Source: Octopus vulgaris
Lineage: Eukaryota
DNA length: 64,000 nucleotides
Assembly (NCBI GenBank): GCA_951406725.2
Contig: OX597831.1
Coordinates: forward strand, 37,944,001-38,008,000
Reading direction: 5' to 3'
Position 1 is the stretch's first letter; each line of letters begins with the position of its first letter. Shown piece after piece: positions 26,542 to 42,597 of this stretch. Below the pieces are notes generated by a model, which saw only the letters and a program-made list of their open reading frames with translations, searched no databases and was not told the DNA's origin. The position numbers were made by a program, and so were the translations under genes.

Positions 26542-27269
26542 TATATATATTCTTTGATAGTTAACCACTGGAAAATATGAGCTTAATGAATTTCTGCGAA
26601 GTATGTATAAATTTTATAACTGAGATACTTCTGCTACAAATACAGCTGTATGTTACTCAACGGAATTGTACAGAAAGTGATTTTCTTGGTGGGACGACAA
26701 TATGCTAATGCAACTCTTAATAGGAAATTCAGGCTAAACAAAAGAAAAAATCAATATCTGTATGATGCAATTTTTGTGCTTCTTACACAAGTGCTTTTTA
26801 GACCGTCTTCAAAAATACTTCAAATTTCACTTATTGATACAAAACGAAACATAATTCAAAACGTTCTCTAAAGTAACATTCTGACATTTCAACGGGACAA
26901 TTCTTCGTGTTTTATGACAATCTTGAGAGCATTCAAATGGTCAAATGTAGTTGGAAGTTGATGTTAATTTTTTCCAGTGTGTGTCATTGGTGGGAAGCGT
27001 TTGAATTTCATTTAAACCTAGAGTCATTAAACCTTCAGGCTTCGACGTTAACGGCCTTGATACATTTTTCTTTTCTCTGTTTAATGCTTCTTTTCTGCAA
27101 CAATCTGAAAAAGAATCGATTTTGTTAAATATTCAAATTAAGGCAAAAAATTAGATTTAATATAAAATATTATTTGGCTATTTCAAAGCTGTTCACTCAT
27201 ACATACATTCGTATACACATACATACAAACATATGTGTGTACGTATGTGTATATCTATCTATCTACATT

Positions 27270-27327
<58 letters not shown>

Positions 27328-28768
27328 CCACACTATTTTGTCCAGATAAGCAATATTTTTGTATTTACTATCATAAATTCATTGATTTATTATAAATCGC
27401 ACTGACCAGTACGTTATACATTCCAGAATCTCTAATTTCCGTCCCTTGGAGAAGTATAGCATTTACTTAACGTATTTTTAATTTTCAACAAAGCATCTGA
27501 ATGGCTGATTTTTTGTAGACACATTCATTGAAATTTATTGCATAAATTTCGACTAAGATTTCCTGAAAAAACGTAACTTATAATAACGGATTTCGTGAAA
27601 GATGGACGTATAAAAAAGAAATAATTTATATATTAGCAATAAAACGTCGTTTTTTTTTTTTTGCCGCTTTCTCTGGTTGCGTATAATTTCGATCATCGTG
27701 TCATTACCAGTAACACCTTTATACATTTTATCATTGGTCGGAAAATTACTTCACCATCCATCACTCGATGTTTCCTATAGATGCAGCAGTGCCTGGCTTA
27801 AACATGGGAAGTCAATTTCTTTGCTGTCTTCTCTGTTTTCTCTTTGCTCGAACGCGAATCTGCTCGAATTACTTACTTTATGCAATTCATTATAATCTGA
27901 CAATTCTTTTTTTGTTTTTTTTTCGTATTTGCAGTCTTACGTAACTAGACATCCTATTGTATTATTCTATCCAAAGTAAATCTGAACACAGAATGACAGT
28001 AAAGATCTCATTGTTCTTTTGGTAACCATGGTTAAAACTGCTATTAATGATAGAGAGATGAAACTTCGATATTTGTATTCTCACCAAAAGTCAACCTCTG
28101 TTCATCAGAACTATGTTCTGTCACGTGAGGATGTAGGGCACAGTGTTCTGTGTTCCTTGTTACGTTTCTGTCGTGTGATCATATTCCAACTTTTCTCACT
28201 AATAGTAGATAGTCTAAAACAGCAAATTACTGTTACTTCTTTTTCTTTTCTTCGATATATTTCTACCTCTGATATACATTTAGCAAAAGCAACATGGATC
28301 GCTGGAACGAGTTTTCATTTTGAGGCAACAGATATTGAAGCAGCCTCTATGATAAGTTATTACCTTAAATAAGGTTACAAATCTGAAAAGTTGGGCAGAA
28401 TTTTAACTGGCGAAAATTACATTGAGGTAAAATTATACGTGCATTGCTTTTCATTAATTCGTATACAACTGAAGATGTGAAATCATCACGTATTTTGAAT
28501 ATCTATAAAAGCTTGTCAAATATTCTGCAGATGAAAGATAAACAGAGGCATGCCTTACGCATCTACAGCTTTATTTGAAGGCAAACGAATGGCGACGAAT
28601 AATAATGCTTTTGATTGTTTGTAAATATATCGTAGCATAGTAACCCGTTCTTTTCTATACCGATCGCTACCCTTCGATTAAGTGGCAATGTGGCATGTGC
28701 TTGTGGCGCGTGTGAGTCTGTGTGCGTATGTATGCATTCATACATGTATACATATGTGTGTGTAGATG

Positions 28769-28813
<45 letters not shown>

Positions 28814-28843
28814 TGTGGATGCTGTTTTGCGTGCGTTTATATA

Positions 28844-28885
<42 letters not shown>

Positions 28886-29048
28886 AGTGCATGTTGCGTG
28901 TATCTTGTTAGTAGTAGACGTTGTAAACTAGAGTGAAACTTTGAATTCATTTCCCAAAATTAATAACATTTACAGAAAAGAGCAAAGTACTAATAACATT
29001 GTTAAAAGATCGTGTAGCAAGACACACATAAGCGTGTATGTATAGATG

Positions 29049-29119
<71 letters not shown>

Positions 29120-29234
29120 ATATGTGTCCATGTTATATACATTGATACATACATACAGAGACAAAACAGACACACTCTTTTAGTGAATTAAAGGATATAT
29201 TTATATAAATTCTTTTCACAGCTAAGGTTACACA

Positions 29235-29638
29235 GGCGTAGGATTTGCTATGTGGTAAGTAGCTTTCTTACGAACCACATGGTTCCGGGTTCAGTCCATC
29301 TGCGTGGCACCTTGGGCAAGTGTCTCCTACTATAGCCTCGGTCTGACCAAATACTTGTGAGTGAATTTGGTAGACGGAAACTGAAAGAAGCCCACCGTAT
29401 ACGTCGATATATATATATGTATGTATATATACATTTGTGTGTCTGTGTTTGTCCCCCCACCATCACTTGACAACCGATGCTGGTGTGTTTACGTCTACAT
29501 AAACTGGCGGTTCGGCAAAAGAGACTGATAGAATAAATACTAGGCTTACAAAGAATAAGTTCTCGGGTCGATTTGCTCGACTAAAGGCAGTGCTCCAGCA
29601 TGGCCACAGTCAAATGACTGAAACAAGTAAAAGAGAGA
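29235..29638 (+). mobile_element. Full-length SINE family B copy
   Basis: tRNA-like head, CCTTGGGCAAGTGTC CORE-like motif, internal microsatellite and GAAACAAGTAAAAGAG tail. Confidence 0.9.
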
Positions 29639-30309
29639 GCTACACAAACATACAGTAGAAAAACAAACGTACAACTCACACATAGACGCACACACACACA
29701 TAAACATACTTGCAGACACAAACACGCACGCACACACATAGAGACTCGCACACAGACACACACATACAGACACACGTACATACGTACAGACACACACACA
29801 CATGCATGCACACACACACACACACATAAACATACACAGATGCAAACACGCACACACAAACCGCTCCAAATGATAATTTACTTCGAAATTTCCAGCGAAG
29901 AGAGAAAGACCAAATTTGGTTTATATTTGTTGATATATAATTATTAATTGCCAAACTTATGCACTTCTCTAACTTTCATATGCAATCAGTTATCTCGAAA
30001 GTCTTACCATCAGCAACGAAGTAATACGTTTCATTAGAAGCTCCTGGAGGAATCGGTACTGCAAGTACAGAGCTGTGATTGATTTATACCCGATTGGGGA
30101 TATAGTCCAATAGAGAAAATCTTACATAATTCATCACTCGAAAATTGAATTTTCCTTTCATTGTCCCTTATGGTCCTTCGTTTTCCTGTTTCCTAACCAA
30201 AACACTGTATCTACACCACGCCTACCTCGCATCGTTCTTCCCCTCATTTTCAGAATTACTGTATCGCTCTCCTTCACTCCGACACTCTGTCTGCGCGTGT
30301 GCGTATGGA

Positions 30310-30702
<393 letters not shown>

Positions 30703-31076
30703 TCCTTTGTCTTTCTCGTTCTATGGCATTCTTCCTTTTTGTGATTTGTGCATCGTTTTCTTCCTCCATTTTATCGCCACCTGACAATCACTTTCTCTGT
30801 ACATATGTCTGTATTACACTTCCATATATGCAGTTCTTTTAGGCCGTTAGCCAAATAATATTACCTGTTAATTTTGTTATATAGTTCATATTCTTTCAGA
30901 ATAGCTAAGACGTCATTTTTTTCCTTGTGGGTGGAAGATGGTCGAAAGAGGTTGGTGGCAATTTAATATTCTGTTCGACAGACAGGAAAAAAATATGAGG
31001 ACATATTTGGATAGTAAACTGCTTATATATGTACATATACATATATCCATGCACATCACACGCACACGCACACTCG

Positions 31077-31145
<69 letters not shown>

Positions 31146-31169
31146 ACGTAGATAAAACTATATATATAT

Positions 31170-31567
31170 CAGGAGTGGCTGTGTGGTAAGTAGCTTGCTA
31201 ACCAACCACATGGTTCCGGGTTCAGTCCCACTGCGTGGCATCTTGGGCAAGTGTCTTCTGCTATAGCCCCGGGCCGACCAATGCCTTGTGAGTGGATTTG
31301 GTAGACGGAAACTGAAAGAAGCATGTCGTATATATGCATATATATATATAAGTGTGTGTATATGTTTGTGTGTCTGTGTTTGTCCCCCTTAGCATTGCTT
31401 GACAACCGATGCTGGTGTGTTTACGTCCCCGTCACTTAGCGGTTCAGCAAAAGAGACCGATAGAATAAGTACTGGGATTACAAAGAATAAGTCTCGGGGT
31501 CGATTTGCTCGACTAAAGGCGGTGCTCCAGCATGGCCGCAGTCAAATGACTGAAACAAGTAAAAGAG
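31170..31567 (+). mobile_element. Full-length SINE family B copy
   Basis: Closely matches 29235-29638 along its length. Confidence 0.9.
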
Positions 31568-32187
31568 ATATATATTCTCATTCAGTAGACATCATTTAAA
31601 GCACTAATTTCAACAAGAAGACTTCGGCTATTCTTTACAGCCTTCAACAGTGTTTCTTTGCAGGATTCATATACTAAGAGTGATTCTTATTGCTGCTTCG
31701 TTAATGTTTCTTGCTAAAATATGTGAATAGCAGGGTCCTTCCTAGCTTCTCTATTTTTATCTCTTATGAATCGTGTCAGGTTATCGAAATCTCGTACACA
31801 TGCTTTAACACAATGCTTATCGATGGAACTACAAATGGTGAAACAATAGGCAACGTATATCCTACTACATAATTCTGAAGAATATCGTTTTACATATTTC
31901 ATCTATGCTCACATGTACACATACACACACACACAAACACAAACACACACACACACACGAACGCATGCACGCACACAGCACACACACACACATATATATA
32001 TATAATATATGTATATAAATTAAATATATGAAAAAACATTTACCTAGAACTAAATAAAGTACAAAATAATAAATAGACAGTATATAATTAGTGAATAGAC
32101 TACACGTGTTTCGTAGCTATATTTACAATCCTAATTTTCCCCTGTGTTTGGAATCATATTCCCTATTTTTATTATTATTATTATTAA

Positions 32188-32219
<32 letters not shown>

Positions 32220-32243
32220 GTAGTAGTAGTAGTAGTAGTAGTA

Positions 32244-32292
<49 letters not shown>

Positions 32293-33239
32293 TATGTACA
32301 TATATATATATATATATACATATATATGGTGCCCTAGCATGGCCGCGGCCTTCGGGCTAAAACATTTTAAAGGATTTTAAGGATATATACAACAAGGAAG
32401 GTAGCTACTTAGAAAATTTCTGTAAAAGATGGAAGTAGTAACAATAATGAGAAATAATGGCTGTTCGACGTTACTACCGTTTCTAATCCCAGAAAGACCC
32501 TCCTCCAACTGGCCATCGATGCAATTTGCGTCCGGTATATATTGCAAGAACTGGCGATAAACATCACATCACATTATATTTAGTACTTTCATCTCTCATA
32601 GATATTTTTTAGCAGGCTACTTTGCTTGTTCCGCGATCAGTAACTGATTTTCTCTTAGTTTTCTAAATACTGCGAGCTCGAACGAATTTCTGCTACCTTT
32701 AGTGGCCGGATGTTAACCACTGTCGATGGACCCAAAATAACCCGAAACCGTTCTGTCTGGTGACCGTATCGTTTGCTAGATGATCGCAAGTGTTCGCTCC
32801 CCTGCTTGCAATATATACCTGCTACAGTTTACAATGATAACCAACTGGAAGAGCCTCTTCTTTTGGTTAAAAATGGTAGTAACGTCGAACAGCCATATTG
32901 ATGTGTTGATAAACATTACTTATATATATAATATACTATTCCGCTTATACCTGGTTAACTTGTTAATATCCTTTCAGCCTTACAATTTAGGTTCAAAGGA
33001 AGATAGCTCTTTTACCTTTTTACCATATACTTTTTAGATATTAGTTTTTTTATGTTTTCGTTTTCCGTTTTGTACCTTCTGCGTTTTCTATATGGTGACT
33101 TCTCGTTTCTTTCGTGTTTCTTCTGTTATTCAATTTGTTTGGATCGTTATGATAAGTGGTTTGTACATGAAGTATATGTTTGAGATATTTCTCAACTATT
33201 AGTAGTACTTTATAGACATGTATTGTGTTCTTTAACTAA

Positions 33240-33270
<31 letters not shown>

Positions 33271-34319
33271 CCATCACATACACACACACCCACACTCAAA
33301 CACGCACAAACAGGCACACACACGCTATACATTCATATAAAACATACATGCACAAACACATTTCTGAATACGGGTATATACAGACTCATATAAGTATATA
33401 TGTATAAAAGCTGATTTCTTGTTAAATGTAAAACTGAAACGGTTGTAAATATTTCTTTTCACCAGTCGTTTGCACAAAGGCATACGAAGGACATTTATTT
33501 CAATGCCTATTGACAGAAATAGATTGTATTATGTGCTACAGTTTTACAATCTATATATTTGCGTCACACAAAGCAAGTATGACTTAGCATTTGTTCTCTT
33601 ATTTATACAATGTGAATATCCCAGCCAATGGAATTGTGAGCACATCTTAGCTGTGTATACAGATTATAGAAATACCAAGCGTTCGTGAATCAATATAAAA
33701 CCTTATATTGTAAACACTGTATGTTTGCGTGTTTTTGCTTCAACCACCGCGTCTATGCATAACATCTACTATATAATTAAAACCATCATGGCTCCATGCA
33801 GTTGTGTATGTAGATATTAGTGATCCTTGCTAGATATAACGAAAGCGTAAATATTTGTATCCCTCATTGGTGCAATAAATAGAATTCTTTGCTTGACCTT
33901 TATTCATCAGAAATATGTATTAATGGCTGTGCTAGCATATTGGTATTTCCTTTGCAAAATATGGTTTCCAGCAATTAGGTGAAATGAGGCAGAGTAGAAC
34001 AAACCGTTTTGTCCTGAAAATCGATAGAATACGAGAAATTCATTTTAACACATGATCTCAGAACAGGGAGATGTTATAATTCACCTAGCTATTTCTGCAT
34101 GTAAAAAATAATAGACAGCTCCTCGTTGTTAACCCAGCTATTTGAGGTGAAGGGCAATTGGATATAGGTATTTGTTTTGTAGAAGTAATATTTTTCATTT
34201 CATTGGTAGCTAGAGTTATGCCATTGGGTTTTATGAGGATCCCTGAGCGTATTTACAATTGTAGTCCTTAAACAAACATAATTAAGTTTTTTTAAAAACA
34301 ACAAAAAACGAAAAAATAT

Positions 34320-34630
34320 AACATTTTACTTGTTTCAATCATTAGACTACAATCATGTACGGCGCCAACTTCAAGAATTTCACTGGAACGAATCTCAATT
34401 CCAGTACTTATTTTTTTAAAGCCTCGTACTTATTTCATCGCTCTTATTTACTGAACTACTAGATTACAAGCATGTAAACACACCAGCACTGGTTATCAAG
34501 CGGTAGTGGGAAACTAACACATACACAACCCCGCAAACCACATACTCACACACACACAAGTAATGTGTGTTTTCTCCACTCCAAGATCTTGGTCAGCATG
34601 GGGCTATTGTAGAAGACACGTATGCAGGGT
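34320..34630 (-). mobile_element. Degenerate SINE family B copy
   Basis: TTTTACTTGTTTCAATCATT, GTAAACACACCAGCA.TGGTT.TCAAGCG, GGGCTATTGTAGAAGACAC. Confidence 0.65.
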
Positions 34631-35308
34631 GTCTCCCAAACACACGGACACCTACACTAGAAACAATTTAAGATTAAAATCTTCCGAAAATAGAGAATCT
34701 GGATTGGTACAAACAACCACTAAATTTGACAGCTAAATATCTTGAAACTTATACCAGATGTTTAAAAAAACAGGCTGCGCTAAATAGTCATAACTATGTT
34801 ACAAGTTTAATAACAACCAATGCATTAATGACGAGTTAATGTCAGCCCTTTGGTTGTATCGTGTATTTTTAACGAAGAATCTCTAATATTCTAATACATA
34901 GTTTCTGATATCAACAGGAACAACATATTTCGAAAACAAAATCCCCGGAGAGCTTTAATGTTGATATTACTGGGTATTACGTTCAATGAATGCATAGATT
35001 AAAACTGTTGCCAGAGATGCGTCAAGACGTGTGAATCATCGCTTAAGAATCATTGCCATACAATATAGATAAATCTGCTTCACTGGTACATGGCCTACGT
35101 TCACTATGTGTTGTTGGTAACAGTAGCAGAAAATGATGTGGATATATTATTCACGTTGTAGCAGGTGTTTATGTCAACTGAATAGATCGTTACTTTCTAC
35201 AATCTCTATTAAAGCTTAAAATTGACGAGATGCACAGAAACCTGAACCAAATACAACGGAAACTGACATACATTGCGCTTTTAAAAAGACATATTTCAAG
35301 TAGGTAAA

Positions 35309-35379
<71 letters not shown>

Positions 35380-37381
35380 TAGAGAGAGAGATCATAGAGA
35401 AGAATAATTTAGAATATAATTAAAGACAAAGAACAATGGATTAAAGAAAATGAAGAATGGTGTTTTTGAGACATACGACGATCTAGTATAATTAGGACCC
35501 AAATTTCACACAAATTACACTATACCATTTCGAAATAGAAGAAAGTATTCTTAAAGCAAGCATTCATATTTCTGTGGTGAAGAATTGTACCCACGAGATT
35601 CGAGCTCGGTTCCTTTCCATATTTTTGTGAATCTGAAGTTCGATTCGCATCTACATGGTTTTAGACTCACTCCCCTTCGGTGACATGTATAATATACAGA
35701 TAAAATTGTGTGGTTAAGAAATTCGCTTTCTCTTCACGAGATTCAGGCTCAGTTTCCGCTCATGTGTGTATAGATAATAAGTCCGTACCGAAACCACGTC
35801 GTTGCGAATAAGTGTTCTTGCGACCCATATCTTATAATATGCAGGAGTCACTGTGTAGTTATGAAGTTTGCTTCACATCCACCCGTCAATCGGACTCAGC
35901 TACCCTGCAAGGCATCTAGGTTATATGCTCTCTGTTATAGCATCGATGAGCTAATACTAGTTCGTTTTTCCCCTGAAATGTATCGACTCGACAAAAAACA
36001 TCAGACAATAAATATGATGCTTAAATAGAATGCTGGAATCGTCTAAGTTGTTGCTCAGTAATGGCTGCAAACTAATGACTGAAAAATACAAACCATTAGA
36101 AGAGTAAGAGAATCTTGGATGCAATATTTCAAACAATCGACAAAAGGAGAATAGAACAGGATGGGCATGGTTGTATTGTCTCTCATTCATGGTTTGTTCG
36201 ATCTAGGCCGCTATCATAGGAAACCAACACTAGAAAACATCCCAATAAATTCTAAAATCACATTTGCGCAGCCAAAATGGAGAGCACACAAAATCAATTG
36301 ATTTTATGAACATGAAAAACAAGTCCAGGACTGATGGAAATTTCCAAGTGTTAACCAATGAAATAGAAAGAAAATGCATTTACAACGTCACGACAAATAT
36401 ATTTTGAAATCTTAATTTTAAGTAAATTTGTTCAGCGATTTCAGACTACTTGTAAAATGTCTGTCGTTCTAGTAATTATAGGAAGAATTAGTTTCCAAAT
36501 AAGTTGTGACATATCCAGAAAGTTTCTGTTTAAAAGAGACTCGAGTGTAATTTAACTTTCCCAGTATATTGTATCGTTCTATGGACTGTTGCCACAGGCT
36601 AGACACCACATCTCACACGAATACGTGCTCAAAGAGACAAACATACGTAATATACACACGTAGATACACTATACACATAAACACTCAAACATAGACATGA
36701 AGGTTCATGCTCTAGAGGTTAAGGTTGTGATCTCGCGACATTAAAGCTGTGGGTTCGATATTTGGACAAGTTTGCGCATTTTGTTCTTAAGTTAGGCATT
36801 TTTATTCGATACCGAAACCGCCTGAGGGATAACACGGTCCAGCAGTTACCCCCTTCAGTTTAGGATGGAACAGAAATTTGAGTGTCGTGTGGGTGTCTAT
36901 ACCAGCTTGTGATTACATAAGCACTTCACAGAATTTAGGGTAGCATAGGACAAGATTACATCTTATACTAGCTGGCGAGTGAGTGCTAGGATTTATACAA
37001 ATATCTGTACCTTGTTGGGACGGTGTATATATCTGGGGTTAAGAGAGAAACATTTGAATATTATTCACTTTAAACTGAGTTGCCGAGAGTAATAGGTAAT
37101 AAACTACTGAACTGAAGTGCACAATCCACTGCCCTTTCCAAAAACCAAGCGCACAGCCCTATATTCGTGCGTTCATCAACCTTACCACTATACAAAAGTT
37201 TTTCTTTTAATAGTATATATTCTCTATTGAAATCATTTTCCAGCTCTTTTACAAACTTTTCCTTCTAGTTACGCCAGTTGACTTGTATTATTTCTGCTAT
37301 GATAATGGTTGCAGTGTTATTCGAACATTAATCTTGCATTACTCATATGATATAGTAAATTCATAAAGTAGTACCGTAATA

Positions 37382-38633
37382 ATAGCGAAAAGTAAAGAAC
37401 TCACAAATTCAGTGACAAACTTAATTATTGAACAGTGGAAAGCAGGCAAAAGTTACAGGAAAATATCAGAGACTCTTTGTATTCCATTTTCTGCCATATC
37501 TTCATTTATTCAAAGATATAAAAAAATCGGGAACTGTTAAAATCAGAATAAGATCCGGTGCACCACGCAAGATTTCCCCTAGATCTTTAACAAAAATGAA
37601 GCGAAGAATCGGAAAAAAACGAAATGATCACCAGAAAGGAGTTGCAAGAAGAATTGTTAGCTTCACAGACTAGTGTTACACTACGAACAATCAGCAATGA
37701 ACTTCATAGGAATGAACTGAAATCATGGTCTCCTAGAAAAACTCCGCTGTTGACTAAAAGGCATAGAGATGCCCGTTTAAAATTTGTTTATGAACATAAA
37801 GAAAAATCTGATACATTCTGGGAAAATGTTCTAAGGACAGACGAGTCGAAAATTGAATTGTTTGGACGAAATTCGCGTAGACATGTTCGTAGGAAAGATG
37901 GTACCGCCTATTCGCCGAAAAACACAATTCCCACTGTAAAGTTTAGAGGTGGCAACATCATGGTGTGGGGGTGTTTCTCTGCAAATGGTACTAGCAATTT
38001 ACATGTGATAAGTTGGTAGAATGAATGCAGAGATGTACCAAAATATTTTGAACAATGATTTATGGGACTCTGTAGAAAAGCTCCAGCTTTGTGATGGGTC
38101 TGTTTTACAACAGGATAGTTATCCTAAGCACACGGCGAAGTCTACCAAAAAATGGATTGTCTATCACAATATAAAATTATAAGAATCGCCAAGCCAGTCT
38201 CCTGACTTGAACCCCATTGAAAATTTGTGGTATTATTTGAAAGTTAAAATTCCTTCAAGAGCCCCAACATACATTGCAGATTTCAAGAAAATTTGTCAAG
38301 AAGAACGGGAAAAAATTCCTAAAGAAACATGCAAGTCATCGATTAAGAACTACAAGAATAGATTGGTTGCAGTGGAACTGAATAAAGGTTATGCTACGAA
38401 GTATTAAATCATAATTATCAGTTATTTATGTTCTATACGAATACTGTTTTCACATCTATATATTTATAATTGAATATATATTCCTTAGTTACTATAATTT
38501 ATTAGTTTCTTTCGCATATTCTTAGTTTATGCATGTGTATGCAAATATAGTATTGGTATATCCCATTTATGTTCATTAGAATTTAAATAAATAAAGAATT
38601 TTTACATGTACAAATAATTATTTCCCCCCACTG

Positions 38634-38635
<2 letters not shown>
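37382..38635 (+). mobile_element. Tc1 (DD34E) transposon with near full-length but disrupted transposase (37382-38407) and right TIR
   Basis: (M)AKSKEL..WKAGKSYRKIS; RSGAPRKI; [10 protein letters not shown]; [10 protein letters not shown]; QQD-34aa-E (SPDLNPIENLW); GYATKY. Frameshifts and stops are present. The right end is the reverse complement of TA-CAGTGGGGGGAAATAATTATTTGTACA. No left TIR found. Confidence 0.93.
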
Positions 38636-38698
<63 letters not shown>

Positions 38699-39658
38699 AT
38701 GTATGTATGTATGTATGTATGTATATATGCTTGTATAAGCTATAATGTTAATACACATAAACCCAGTTATATCTGAAAGTTTTTATGATGTTAATCTCCG
38801 AAATAAGCTAGGTAGTCTTAATGGTGTGAGAGAAATAAATCTCAAGGAGTAGAATCTGTTGACGCTGGATTTAGACGCAAAATAACTCATATGTTGGGGA
38901 AAATATTACGCAGAAAAAATAGGAAGAAATATAATATTTGAGATACAATCTGATCCATTAAATCTCTAATTAAAATTTAAGTTGTCTAAAAGAAGGCTAA
39001 TCCTTTAAATTCCTAATCCCCCAACTTATCCTGATCGATAATGCTGCAAATTATACATTTTAAACAAAACACAAGGAAGATATACTTGCTGTAAAAAATA
39101 TGAAGCCCATAATCCGAGCTGACAACTGCCGCATGGTCAGAGGTATACACCAACAATCGAAAAGTGTTGCGAATATAGCTGATGAAGACCAGGTCTGTTA
39201 AGCAGAAAGTACTCAGAAAATGTATGATATAGAGGGCGCATATACAAATCATATAAGCCAAGAAACTCAATGTTGGAACATTCAATGTTCATACACACAT
39301 ACACACACACACGTAGATACATATATGTGTGTGTATGTGTGTCTGCGTGTGTGTGTGTGTCTAGGTATATGTATATATTTTTTATTTTTTATTTTTTATT
39401 TTATCTAGTTTCAGCTCACGAGCTGTGGCCATGCTGGGGCACCGCATATATATATAATATAATATATATATAATACAAATAAGAAAATGGAGAAATAAAA
39501 TGTGGTTTGTTCATCACCCCGTTTAATACAATAAATGACTTAATTGCATTGCAATTAAAAACATTTATGTATTAAGAATTTGGGTACTTTACCAACAGTA
39601 TATTGGATAAATGCTACCCCATAGTGGGTTATGCCCATAACCCCTATCTTACTTTGTG

Positions 39659-39731
<73 letters not shown>

Positions 39732-40024
39732 CAACATGTTTTCAAACTATTTTACTCTACGTCACTGTTAAGTAGTATATAAATAATTTTCTTTCAATTC
39801 ACCTTTGTATGGAAATCACCTTGTCAAGCTTCATAACAATTTTAATGATAGCCACCCCGACACATTTTTTTCTCCTGTGCTTTCTCCTATTTATGATAAA
39901 TATTGAAAAACCAACAAAACAAAAATTACAAAGAACTGGCCAATAATTGAATAGAATTTCCAATGCACTTTCCTTTCACGTGGCGTCCGTGTTGCAAGTA
40001 TGTATGCAAAAATAATACCTATTA

Positions 40025-40050
40025 ATTTCTATATATACATTTTAACAATG

Positions 40051-40093
<43 letters not shown>

Positions 40094-40106
40094 TAATAAT
40101 AATAAC

Positions 40107-40137
<31 letters not shown>

Positions 40138-40255
40138 TTAATAATAATAATAACAACAACAACAATAATAATAATAATAATATTAATAATAATAATTATA
40201 ATTATAATAATAATAATAATAACAACAACAACAACAACAAAAGCAACAACAACAT
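40025..40255. repeat. (AAT)n/(AAC)n trinucleotide tract
   Basis: Direct reading. Confidence 0.95.
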
Positions 40256-40301
40256 CGAAATTTACCTTAGGAATAAGAACGCAGGTTCGAAATTTCACCG
40301 A

Positions 40302-40347
40302 GATACCTAATGAAGGCTGGAGGGTATATCAGCCGAAACGTTGTGTT
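40302..40347 (+). ncRNA. Minimal type I hammerhead-like motif, core mutated (CUAAUGA)
   Basis: gatac CTAATGA a GGCTG-10nt-CAGCC GAAAC GTT gtgtt, with the palindrome AACGTT at stem III. Confidence 0.55.
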
Positions 40348-40739
40348 AACAACAAACAAGATGGGGGAAAAATATCAGTCAAATGGAAATAATATAAATA
40401 ATGTAGATCTTACGTTGACTTTTAAATATTTCTCTGATTATCTCCCTTGAAAGCACGCTCATGGTTTCCACGTAATGTATGGCGGCGTTGCTGATTCTAA
40501 AGTTTCTGATTTTCGTTTCTCTATTACTAATTTTACTCGCGACTCAATCTTAATAGAAAATGATGCATAAAGAAATCAAACTACATAAACAACGGCAACA
40601 ATATCGTCCAGAAATTAAATAACACTAACGTGTTCAGTAACAATAATAAATTCAATTTATCCTCGACAATATTTAGGTTTACCAATTTTGAATATATCGC
40701 TCCTGTTTCAAACCTCTTACTTCCTTGATAATTGCATTT

Positions 40740-40925
40740 CTAACTCTGCCTTGAAGAAAGCTTTACTTTTTGGACTTATGTGTTTGTGCGCGAAGATGTT
40801 AAACCCCCCATTAACAGAACTGTATGGGGGTCCTTTCCGTTTTCTTTCACGCAAGGAAATTTTTTTCACTATAGACCTTAATAGTCGTAAACACACTGTA
40901 TCAGTGGATAGACTAAAACAGATCC
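40740..40925 (+). mobile_element. Gypsy-type LTR retrotransposon integrase C-terminal fragment
   Basis: PPLTELYGGPFRFLSRKEIFFTIDLNSRKHTVSVDRLK matches the GPY/F module PL..PY.GPF.V...TVS.DRLK. Confidence 0.75.
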
Positions 40926-41273
40926 TTCATAGAGAAAAAGGTCCCTGTTCCCATTGCGGATGTCGCACACACGGATCACACACACACACACACACACAGC
41001 ATTACAAACACGGCCTATAGACCCATCTTCACATTCTATAACTACCCTTGGGATCGATCAGGCAATGGACAAGGATTCTGGATTATTTTTCCGATTTTTT
41101 AAACTTAATTTTGAGAGCGGTCGGGTTCATTTTTTGTATTTTCATGTGTGACAGCAGTAGAGTTTATTTAAGATATTCTCATTTTAAAAATCATCAAATA
41201 GGTTTGAGGACGTTGGTATTGCCGTGGCGTAGGCTTGTGCTTTCTTAGTGCTTTTGCTATTATTACGATTATT

Positions 41274-41490
41274 AAGGCGGTGAGATGGCAGAATCGTTAA
41301 ACAGACCGGGCAAAATGTTTAACGGCATTTCATCCGTCTTTACGTTCTGAGCTCAATTTCCGCCGCAATTGACTCTGCCTTTCATCCTTTGGGAGTCAAT
41401 AGAGTAAGAACCAGTTAATCACTGGGGTCGATTTAATCGACTTAGCCTCTTCACCGAAATTACCGGCCTTGTACCAAAATTTGAAAACAC
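41274..41490 (+). mobile_element. SINE family A copy (alternative tail GGCCTTGTACCAAAATTTGAAA)
   Basis: AAGGCGGTGAGATGGCAGAATCGTTA head and GCCTTTCATCCTTT core. Confidence 0.8.
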
Positions 41491-41498
41491 TATTGTTG

Positions 41499-41586
<88 letters not shown>

Positions 41587-41602
41587 CATTATTATTATTA
41601 TT

Positions 41603-41980
41603 GTGGAGGCGCAATGGCCCAGTGGTTAGGGCAGCGGACTCGCGGTCATAGGATCGCGGTTTCGATTCCCAGACCGGGCGTTGTGAGTGTTTATTGAGCG
41701 AAAAACACCTAAAGCTGCACGATACACCGGCAGGGGATGGTGGTGATCCCTGCTGTACTCTTTCACCACAACTTTCTCTCACACTTACTTCCTGTTTCTG
41801 TTGTACCTGTATTTCAAAGGGCCGACCTTGTCACTCTCTGTGTCACGCTGAATATCCCCGAGAACTACGTTAAGGGTACACGTGGAGTTCTCAGCCACTT
41901 ACACGCTAATTTCACGAGCAGGCTGTTCCGTTGATTCGGATCAACCGGAACCCTCGTCGTCGTAACCGACGGAGTGCTTC

Positions 41981-41982
<2 letters not shown>
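41603..41982 (+). mobile_element. Full-length tRNA-derived SINE family C, embedded in (ATT)n on both sides
   Basis: GGCGCAATGGCCCAGTGGTTAGGGCAGCGGACTCGCGG..GGTTTCGATTCCC (A/B boxes). Related heads occur at 45443 and 42717. Confidence 0.85.
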
Positions 41983-42044
<62 letters not shown>

Positions 42045-42597
42045 ACTAATAATAGTATTTTCATAACAGCTTTCTTGCCATAATATTTGTATAAACATTA
42101 TTTGTTTTACAATATGATATTGCTTTTTAATTGATTAGAACATTTAAGTGCAGAAATAATCAAAAGCAGACAGACGTGACACCATTGTTTACGCCAGAAT
42201 TATTCTTTTAATATTAATTAAATGCAAAAAATAAATAAAATAAAAGATTGGCGTCAATTTAGAGAGAATTATCAGAGATGGACAAGTGCGAACTAAACAT
42301 TTCCCCTTCACTGAACAAGAGAAGGGGAAACGCATGCGATTTGTTCTCTTCTTAGTGTAACTATGACGGTAGTTCACGTCAAGAATATGAGGACAAATTT
42401 CAAGAATAAATGAACCGCGTGTTATATCACCATCTTCCCCACTACTTTAATCATCACTACATCCAAATCTACCAGACCCATTAAAATTACCACTCTGCTT
42501 GGAGTGGTGTTAACAAGAAAATCACCGCCCCTGCTTCTTGTAGCAAAAACACCAGCAAGAACAACAAGCATATTAACAACTGTAGTCATTTCATCGC

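Noticed and set aside
37382-38407. Active or domesticated Tc1 transposase
   Set aside because: Start codon lost, several frameshifts and stops, and no left TIR found.
41607-41680. Possible tRNA gene
   Set aside because: It has A/B boxes but no proper acceptor stem, and it continues into a SINE body found in several copies.
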